IMG/VR virus record: IMGVR_UViG_3300026442_000101
DNA: 64,000 nucleotides
Source of the DNA: a virus
Lineage: Duplodnaviria; Caudoviricetes
Reading direction: 5' to 3' (one strand)
Positions within the stretch are counted from its first letter, which is position 1. Each line of letters starts with the position of its first letter. The translations under genes were made by a program, and so were the position numbers. Below are positions 57,384 through 64,000 of the stretch, in pieces. The notes below the pieces were generated by a model that did no database searches, was not told where the DNA came from, and saw only the letters and a list, made by a program, of their open reading frames with translations.

Positions 57384-57722
57384 CTAGCCTACATTAGGCA
57401 TGACGATAAGTTTGATGACCTTCAGCTGATCCTGGATGCTCTCCAGTTCGGTAGGCGACAATTTGTCGAGTTCGCCCGTGGTGCTCTGGACAGTCAGCTT
57501 AGCAAGGAAATCTACCTGGACATCGCTCAGCAAACCGCTGCCATTCAGGTTGACGAACAGGCTGATCATCTGAAGATCCACAATGATCGAAGTGACTTTC
57601 ATCTTGGCGAGAGTTCTGTCTTCGCTTTCCTTTGTAGCTTTGATGGACTTGTAGGCTGCGTAACCCAGACCACCAACGATTGCACCCAGAGCAGCGATAC
57701 GGACGATATTACCAAAGTTCAT
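57384..57722 (-). CDS. Membrane-anchored protein
   Basis: GAGGAGGT RBS; IAALGAIVGGLGYAAYK. Confidence 0.65.
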   Translation of the reverse strand: MNFGNIVRIAALGAIVGGLGYAAYKSIKATKESEDRTLAKMKVTSIIVDLQMISLFVNLNGSGLLSDVQVDFLAKLTVQSTTGELDKLSPTELESIQDQLKVIKLIVMPNVG

Positions 57723-57760
57723 TGCGCGACCTCCTCGGTCATTGAGATTGTTCATCGCGA

Positions 57761-57778
57761 CAATGTGTGACTGAAAAA
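57761..57778 (-). promoter_or_regulatory. Phage promoter motif copy 4 (TTTTTCAGTCACACATTG)
   Basis: 40 nt upstream of 57722. Confidence 0.55.
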
Positions 57779-57787
57779 TAGTTAAAT

Positions 57788-57836
57788 GCGGCATATACCC
57801 CACCACCGGCGGAGCGACCGGTGGTGGGGATCTATG
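57788..57836 (-). terminator. Hairpin closing ncRNA candidate C
   Basis: ccccaccaccggc-ggagc-gaccggtggtgggg with gcata/tatg flanks. Confidence 0.75.
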
Positions 57837-57844
57837 TTGGTTCA

Positions 57845-58060
57845 CACTTGGGGCTGAGTGGTCACCCCACAGAGTTCGGCTTGTCCTCACGACGCTGAAC
57901 TCTGCAGGCTGTGCACTCTAGGCACTAGCTAGACTCCGACGGACCCGCGACCGTCGTAGCCTAAGGTCGGAGAGGACTCCCGACCACGGTGATCCAACGA
58001 TGGGAGTGTGCACACCGTTGGATTAAACTGAATCCATTCGCCCGAAATAATTCAGTCTAA
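57845..58060 (-). ncRNA. Six-hairpin ncRNA candidate C (strand tentative)
   Basis: Adjacent stems at 57849-57869, 57870-57904, 57919-57963, 57965-57985, 57992-58023 and 58027-58056. Confidence 0.55.
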
Positions 58061-58078
58061 CATATAATACATCACATG

Positions 58079-58495
58079 TCACCAGTTGAACATCTTACTC
58101 CTCTCCGATGCATTAGCCTCGACAGTGTATTCGTCGAAAGGCTTGGCATTTGCGTATGCACGTTTAGCTGTAGGGAGGAACCCTGCGGCTTTGTATGCGC
58201 GGATGCTTGAAGCATTCTTCGGTTCGATCCAGGCTCTCATGCGCTTACCTTGACGAAATGCGCGAATGAAGTCTGCTGCCACACCTTTACCCCGATATTC
58301 GGGGAGGATGTAAATAGAGCCTGTCCGCCAGTAGCCGTCCGGCTCTTGGAATGGTACAGAGAATCCCACGACCTTCCCCTCGAAGTACAAGGGTTCGATA
58401 TTTTCCATGTGGTTCTTAAGTGCGGCAGGGCCTAAGAATGGATCCTTCAAGGCTTTGTCCACGAGCGCTTTAAGCTCAGGTGTTATAGTCGCCAT
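58079..58495 (-). CDS. GNAT-family acetyltransferase
   Basis: IYILPEYRGKGVA (acetyl-CoA loop) and NASSIRAYKAAGF. Confidence 0.85.
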   Translation of the reverse strand: MATITPELKALVDKALKDPFLGPAALKNHMENIEPLYFEGKVVGFSVPFQEPDGYWRTGSIYILPEYRGKGVAADFIRAFRQGKRMRAWIEPKNASSIRAYKAAGFLPTAKRAYANAKPFDEYTVEANASERSKMFNW

Positions 58496-58551
58496 GATCC
58501 TACTCTCAATATACTTGACCATACGATAAGTTTTAACGAACACCCCCTATA

Positions 58552-58595
58552 CAAAAAAAGAAAGCACACCAGGGCCTTGCGGCCCTGATGTGTTT
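58552..58595 (-). terminator. Terminator with CTTTCTTTTTTT tail
   Basis: cagggcc-ttgc-ggccctg. Confidence 0.75.
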
Positions 58596-58599
58596 AGTC

Positions 58600-58926
58600 T
58601 TACTTGATCACGCTAAGAGTCGGTGGGTGCGAACTCTTTCGGAACCATGCTGTCCACGCCGCTTTGAAGGACGGAAATCGGTCCTTGGTTACCTTACGGC
58701 CAAAGCGGTCAGTCAGCACATAACCAGCATCATCCAGTTGGTTGAGCAACCAGGCGACACCATGACTCGCGCCAGCATTATAAATGTTCACTTCTTCTGG
58801 CGTGTCGATGATTTCGGTGATGTTATCGCCGACGTCTGCGATCTTACCTCGGAAGCCGTGAACAAGCGCAGCCGCAGACTCTGCTCGGTAAGCGTCCCAC
58901 ATGAGTTCTTCAAGCGGAGATTTCAT
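58600..58926 (-). CDS. Hypothetical protein
   Basis: 108 aa; TGATG overlap with upstream gene. Confidence 0.55.
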   Translation of the reverse strand: MKSPLEELMWDAYRAESAAALVHGFRGKIADVGDNITEIIDTPEEVNIYNAGASHGVAWLLNQLDDAGYVLTDRFGRKVTKDRFPSFKAAWTAWFRKSSHPPTLSVIK

Positions 58927-60239
58927 CAGTCTTCCTCAGAATCGACTTGATCAGTGGTGGTCAGATGGGTTAGCCAGCGGCAAAGATTGTGCTGCACATC
59001 TTCGTCACTCAACTGACTGGTCAGACGACCGGTCATACACATCGGAATGCTGATGGTCGGCATCAGGCCGCGATCGATCAGGTGGACATTCATCACCCCA
59101 TGTCGAGTACAGTTCACCGATACGCCAGTGATGTATTCGGCGAACTCGCAGATTGCGTTACGCATCTCTTCCATGAGACGCTCCATGACCTTCTGTGCGA
59201 TCTCATCACCGTAAGGGACGCCGATGGTATCCATCAAGGTGGTGAAATGCGGGATGAAAGTCGCGCCGTTATACACGACGTTGAGCGTGTCGAGGTTGAG
59301 TTCGGACATCGTCGACAGAGTCGCGCGGTAGATGCGGTTGAGGATGTGTCGATATTCCGGATCCGAAGCTTCGATAGTTTCATCGAACGACTTCACGATG
59401 ATCTCCGGCCCGAAGGTGGTTGGGATGCCACTGAAAATCCTGACCAACTCACCGAACGTAACGTAACCGTCCGAAGCGAACTGCGTATCGCGACTGAGCC
59501 TGTCGAGGAACATGACGTGACTGAGTGGTCGAGTTTCCGTCGCGTAACTCATCTGCTCCAAGGTATCATGAGGAGCTGCGTCGAGGTCGAACTCTTTCGC
59601 AACACCGTCGTATGCCCGCAGGATCTCGTCCAGCCATTCTCTCGAAGACTCGGTGAGTACCGGCACCAGTCGCACCGTAGTCGGAACGCCAGTCAGGTTG
59701 AGTGCAGGGCTACCTATCCGAGTGTGTGCTCCTAACACCGCCTCGGAGATCGTACGGTTGATGAGGTCGCCCGGACGAAGGCTGTAGAGTCTCTCATCGA
59801 TGCGATGAGTCGGCGGGACGACGTGGTCATCAGTGATCGTCTGCACGAGAGGACCATGCGGTGTGTTGAGCTGACGATAGGTAGTCACGCGGTCGAAGTA
59901 CAGCTTGGCATCGTGATCGACCAACCCACCCATGCTGACGACACTGGCGTCTTCAGTGAAGCCCGTAACGACAGCAGTCTGCTTACCGAACCCTGGACCA
60001 CCGACATTGCTCTCCATGGTCAGGGTGAACGCGTAGCGCGGTTGATCGTTGCCGCCCGGGATGGTGACTTCCCGCCCGTCGCGCAATGAGATCGACAGAG
60101 CGTCGTCGATCAGTTCGTCACGTTGGATATGACAACGCATACCTGGAGTGAGAATCGGATAAGCGACCAGCTTTGGAACTGGGCTCAGCTGGCGGAAGTT
60201 GATGGAGACAGCATCGTAGGTTTCGATCTGAATATGCAT
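58926..60239 (-). CDS. Divergent homologue of nvRNAP promoter-specificity (sigma-like) subunit, phiKZ gp68 family
   Basis: Motif order V.IP.G...R..F.L / GFT / D....YF / LRP.D / W.L..IL.AY matches my recollection of gp68-family proteins; needs a profile search. Confidence 0.55.
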   Translation of the reverse strand: MHIQIETYDAVSINFRQLSPVPKLVAYPILTPGMRCHIQRDELIDDALSISLRDGREVTIPGGNDQPRYAFTLTMESNVGGPGFGKQTAVVTGFTEDASVVSMGGLVDHDAKLYFDRVTTYRQLNTPHGPLVQTITDDHVVPPTHRIDERLYSLRPGDLINRTISEAVLGAHTRIGSPALNLTGVPTTVRLVPVLTESSREWLDEILRAYDGVAKEFDLDAAPHDTLEQMSYATETRPLSHVMFLDRLSRDTQFASDGYVTFGELVRIFSGIPTTFGPEIIVKSFDETIEASDPEYRHILNRIYRATLSTMSELNLDTLNVVYNGATFIPHFTTLMDTIGVPYGDEIAQKVMERLMEEMRNAICEFAEYITGVSVNCTRHGVMNVHLIDRGLMPTISIPMCMTGRLTSQLSDEDVQHNLCRWLTHLTTTDQVDSEED

Positions 60240-60250
60240 TATAAAGCTCC

Positions 60251-60280
60251 GGCATAAGTGGGGCGGTTTCCCGCCCCTAA
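60251..60280 (-). terminator. Hairpin with gcata flank
   Basis: ggggcgg-tttc-ccgcccc. Confidence 0.7.
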
Positions 60281-60285
60281 TTAGA

Positions 60286-60870
60286 TTACATGTTGTCGAT
60301 CAGGCGGCGTTGTTCGGCGAGCTCATCGCCGAATACATCAAGATACATTTTCGGATATCGCGCATAGCCAGCCGCTGCACCAAACTTCTCTTTGATGTGC
60401 TCGATCGCAGGCTTCATCGCTTCGTTGCGACTCATCCCTTGATTCATGCGATACAGCACAGCGCGTTCAACCATCAAACCGATGTTCCCTGGTAACTCTC
60501 GATCAGCTGAAGCCATCAGCTCCGCGAACATACTCGGATACCCGCCCTCGTACGACGCTCGGTGATACTGACATCCAAGCGCCACCTGTTCTCGATCGGT
60601 GATATCCAACTCAGTGATCATCTTGTAATCAGTGCTGCGCACCCACTCAGCGCTCAGCAGATGGTGGTTGTGTCGCTGATGAGCAAACATATCGTGGAAG
60701 TGCGCGACCAGCATGATCAGCTTGGGATCATACCCCAACCCTAACCGATCGTTGATTACATTCCCGCACAATTCAACCCGAGTGAAATGATCTACTCGAT
60801 GCGCTTTGTCATTGACTTCCCACGCCTTGGTGAAGTCTTCGATAACCTTGTTTCTTAATTCATCAAGCAT
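60286..60870 (-). CDS. HD-domain phosphohydrolase
   Basis: H..DH..RV, AHFHD, H, YHR, ADR metal ligands; AAGGA RBS before ATG 60870. Confidence 0.85.
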   Translation of the reverse strand: MLDELRNKVIEDFTKAWEVNDKAHRVDHFTRVELCGNVINDRLGLGYDPKLIMLVAHFHDMFAHQRHNHHLLSAEWVRSTDYKMITELDITDREQVALGCQYHRASYEGGYPSMFAELMASADRELPGNIGLMVERAVLYRMNQGMSRNEAMKPAIEHIKEKFGAAAGYARYPKMYLDVFGDELAEQRRLIDNM

Positions 60871-60991
60871 TGCGTTATCCTTTCGGATGTTGTTGTTCAT
60901 GACTACAATGTAGTATTCAAATTCGTTTGACTGCGCGATACCAATTTTATGTCAACTCTTTCTTTCACCACAGATAAATTCGGAGTCATCT

Positions 60992-63900
60992 ATGTTTGCA
61001 GGAATCAAAAGAAGGCTGGGACTGGTGGAAGTCACCACCACCCCGACCTATATCGTGGTGGAAGGATTCAGTACCTTATCGTTCACCAAGGACATGTATC
61101 GCGTATGGGGTAACAACACCATCGCCAAGTACATGTTCTCTCAAGTACGGTCGAGCGAATTCAAGCTGCGACACTTCTTCGGCCTCGACTTCCTCTACAT
61201 CTGCCGTCGCCTCTACGACGAGAAATACACCAGCATGCCAAAGCGTATCCTGGGTAAGATCATCGAGGAGCTCGAAGAGAAGACCTGGCTCGGCCAAGTC
61301 GGTAAGGACATCACTCCGATCACTGACATCAGTGTAGCCGACAAGACCGTAAGCTTCACCCTGAAGCCATTCCAGCGTGAGTTCGTGGAAGTGTTCGGGA
61401 AGATGGTCCCAGCCTACCGTCTGAAGGGCTACATGCTCGATGCAGGTGCAGGTACCGGTAAGACCGTCACAGACCTCGTTATCGCAGCGTCCCTGCATGC
61501 CAACAAGGTAATCATCGTCACGCCAAAGAACGCCGCAGAGCGCGTCTGGGAAGCTACCATCAAGGACATCGTCCTGAAGAAGCAACCCTACTGGCTGTCG
61601 GTGGGTAACAAGCCGCCTAGCGTCAACGACTACTACTTCATCTGCCACTACGAGTCGCTCGAGCAGATGCTGGCGTTTGTCAAGGCAAACCCACAGGCGT
61701 TCAAGAACACTTTCGTCATCCTTGACGAGTCGCACAACTTCAACCGCATCGCATCGGACCGTACCCAGTTCTTCATCGAGCTGTGCAACCTCCCTCAGGT
61801 TACCTACAACCTCTGGGCTTCTGGTACCCCGATCCAGGCGCTGGGCACTGAGTGCATCCCGTTCCTGAAGTGTGTTGACCCGCTGTTTGACAGCTACTGC
61901 GAAGAAGCCTTCCGTAAGATCTACGGTCGTGACGCTAAGCGCGCTAACGACATCCTGCGTAACCGCATCGGTCACCTCAAGTATCACGTACCTCAACAGG
62001 ACGTGGTCCATACCGAGGTTATCGTTGAGACCGTCAAAGTCTCGATGCCTAACGCGAAGGATTACACCCTCGAGAACATCGGTAAGCTGCTGCGTGAGTT
62101 CATCGACAAGCGTCGTGAGCATTACGCCAAACACCGACTGGACTATGTCAAGTTCTACGAGGATGGCCTGAAGGTCTTCAAGCAGACGCTCAAGACTGAC
62201 CAGCAGAAGCGTCAGTTCGAAGCGTACCAGTCTGCATTCAAAGTCATCGCCGGTCGTTTTGATCCGCAGACGATGAAGGCTGAAGCACAGCTCTGTAACC
62301 AGTACGAGCTCAAGACCATCATCCCGGTCCTGAACAATCCGCTGAAGAACAACTTCAAAGGTGCTCGTTCGGTTATCAAGTACGTCGACCTCAAGATCAT
62401 GGGCGAGGCACTCGGCACCATCGTTGGCGGTATGCGCTCGAAGTGTCACGTCGAGATGGTCAAGCACATCGACTTCAACAAGTACATCGACGACGCTGAG
62501 AAGAAGACGCTGATCTTCACCAGCTACGTCGAGGTCCTCGAGTCGGTGGCTGATATCGTCGACAGCAACGGCTATAAGTCTGGGCGCGTCTACGGCGCTA
62601 CCAACAAAGACTTGGCATCGATCGTGGGTCAGTTCTACAAAGACGAAGACCTCAATCCGCTGTGCGCTACCTACCAGTCACTCTCGACTGCGGTACCTCT
62701 CACTGCGGCCAACACGATCCTCATGATCAACCAGCCGTTCCGTGACGCTATCCGTACACAGACCATCGCTCGTGCAAACCGTCTTGGTCAGGACAAGAAC
62801 GTCTACGTGTTCGACTTCCTGCTCGACACTGGCGACATGCCGAACATCTCGACGCGCAGTAATGACATCCTGCTCTGGAGTCAGAACCAAGTGTCGCAGA
62901 TCCTTGGCGTGAATAACGTCGACGTGGATACGCTGGCATTGGAATCCGCGTCCGTTGATGAGTACTCGACTGAGGTGTTCGATCTGCTTGTCGACGCTGG
63001 TGACCTGCTCGCACAAATCCTCGGTATTGACAAGTTCCTTGACCGCATCGGGGCTCGTACGAACTTGACTAACCAAGGCCGGACAGGTTGGGGTAACGAA
63101 GCTTACTCGAAAGAGAGTGTGGGCTTTGATGTCCCGCATTACCTGTACCACGGCTCGATGTATAAGCAGGGCGAACTCATGCCTGGCTTCCAGCGCTCCG
63201 GTGAGCTGGTTCGTTGGGATGGCGTGGAGTCGAACGAGTGGCTGTACGCAACCACCGATCGTGAAGATGCGATCATGTTGGGGATTGGCTCGGCTCTTGA
63301 GAAAGAGTTCCGTGTCGATCGATATTCGTACGATGCCAAGACTCGTAAGCTGGTCATTACCTCGCCGGACAACATCACTCCCGCTGACGTCAGAAAGGCC
63401 CAGGTCTTCCTGTACACCATCAAGGGTGAGAACTCTGACGAGTGGCTGCCGAACTTCAATCAGCAGAACGGCATCGAGAACGAGTATAAGACCCAGAACA
63501 CTATCGATGAATCGATCATCAAGACCGAGCAAGTCGATATCAGTAAGGTGCTCGCCAACTACCGTCTCGAGATCGTCAAGTCGAAAGCGGAATACTCGAC
63601 CGAAAGCTTCTCGCAGGTGATGAGTAACCTGAAGAAGATGATCTTCGGCGATAATCGCGAAGACAAGAAGAAACACCTACCGACTAAACCTTGGATGAGC
63701 ACCAAGGAAATTAAAGCGCTGCTTGAATACATCGATGATTACTTCGGCAACGATTCCTGGCTGTCTAAACAACAGTTCAACGTCGACGTCCCAAGTAACG
63801 GCATCATCCAGGCGTTGTCGTACGACGGTAAGTTCACGACCACCAATCCGATGTCGGCTATCAATGGTCATCTCAATGACTACAAGACGAAGGCTGCCAA

Positions 63901-64000
63901 GTTTGCGTCCCAACTCAAAGAGATGGACAGTGCGGTGCAGCGGGTTTACGGCAAGTATGAGAAACCACTCATCGCCGCTGCCAAGGCTGATCAGCACGAC
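60992..64000 (+). CDS. SNF2/SF2 helicase fused to ART-like and further domains (runs off right edge)
   Basis: Not in ORF track; manually open for 1003 codons. GAGTGKT, ILDESHN, ASGTP, TIARANRLGQ, then YLYHGS...LYATT...NEY. Confidence 0.9.
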   Translation, partial: MFAGIKRRLGLVEVTTTPTYIVVEGFSTLSFTKDMYRVWGNNTIAKYMFSQVRSSEFKLRHFFGLDFLYICRRLYDEKYTSMPKRILGKIIEELEEKTWLGQVGKDITPITDISVADKTVSFTLKPFQREFVEVFGKMVPAYRLKGYMLDAGAGTGKTVTDLVIAASLHANKVIIVTPKNAAERVWEATIKDIVLKKQPYWLSVGNKPPSVNDYYFICHYESLEQMLAFVKANPQAFKNTFVILDESHNFNRIASDRTQFFIELCNLPQVTYNLWASGTPIQALGTECIPFLKCVDPLFDSYCEEAFRKIYGRDAKRANDILRNRIGHLKYHVPQQDVVHTEVIVETVKVSMPNAKDYTLENIGKLLREFIDKRREHYAKHRLDYVKFYEDGLKVFKQTLKTDQQKRQFEAYQSAFKVIAGRFDPQTMKAEAQLCNQYELKTIIPVLNNPLKNNFKGARSVIKYVDLKIMGEALGTIVGGMRSKCHVEMVKHIDFNKYIDDAEKKTLIFTSYVEVLESVADIVDSNGYKSGRVYGATNKDLASIVGQFYKDEDLNPLCATYQSLSTAVPLTAANTILMINQPFRDAIRTQTIARANRLGQDKNVYVFDFLLDTGDMPNISTRSNDILLWSQNQVSQILGVNNVDVDTLALESASVDEYSTEVFDLLVDAGDLLAQILGIDKFLDRIGARTNLTNQGRTGWGNEAYSKESVGFDVPHYLYHGSMYKQGELMPGFQRSGELVRWDGVESNEWLYATTDREDAIMLGIGSALEKEFRVDRYSYDAKTRKLVITSPDNITPADVRKAQVFLYTIKGENSDEWLPNFNQQNGIENEYKTQNTIDESIIKTEQVDISKVLANYRLEIVKSKAEYSTESFSQVMSNLKKMIFGDNREDKKKHLPTKPWMSTKEIKALLEYIDDYFGNDSWLSKQQFNVDVPSNGIIQALSYDGKFTTTNPMSAINGHLNDYKTKAAKFASQLKEMDSAVQRVYGKYEKPLIAAAKADQHD

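Noticed and set aside
57845-58060. CRISPR-like or mini-array reading of the hairpin series
   Set aside because: Stems differ in sequence and length, there is no repeat-spacer periodicity, and no cas genes are present.
1-64000. Stop-codon reassignment, introns or inteins as in some jumbo phages
   Set aside because: Genes end cleanly at TAA, TAG and TGA with expected lengths. Helicase, DnaB and RNAP ORFs are uninterrupted, with no intein motifs recognised.

Overview
This 64-kb window comes from a phiKZ-like jumbo myophage genome (Chimalliviridae-like; the nucleus shell gene itself is not in the window). It uses the standard genetic code. The core gene order matches phiKZ gp118-gp165: SbcC-like ATPase (cut by the left edge), central spike and PAAR, tail-fibre-like genes, endolysin, portal, baseplate-type proteins, RuvC, CYTH enzyme, non-virion RNAP beta-N subunit, major capsid protein and DnaB. 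Assignments to phiKZ homologues rest on recalled motifs plus synteny, not on searches. The most interesting observations are these. (1) Three gene-free, densely base-paired intergenic blocks at 54.6-55.2, 56.4-56.7 and 57.8-58.1 kb look like an undescribed ncRNA cluster; two share a 5' motif. (2) An apparently displaced, divergent homologue of the gp68 sigma-like nvRNAP specificity subunit lies next to that cluster. (3) An ORF of more than 1000 aa, absent from the ORF track, joins an SNF2 helicase, an ADP-ribosyltransferase-like domain and a third domain through head-protease-type S/A-x-E-S linkers. (4) A 13-kb array of paralogous fibre/adaptor proteins, in which adaptors carry two short N-terminal repeats per adjacent lectin-like gene, suggests a modular docking code. 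(5) A four-gene tail cassette is tandemly duplicated. (6) There are repeated phage-specific promoter and GCATA/TATGC hairpin elements. No tRNA, CRISPR array, reverse transcriptase or intron was recognised.
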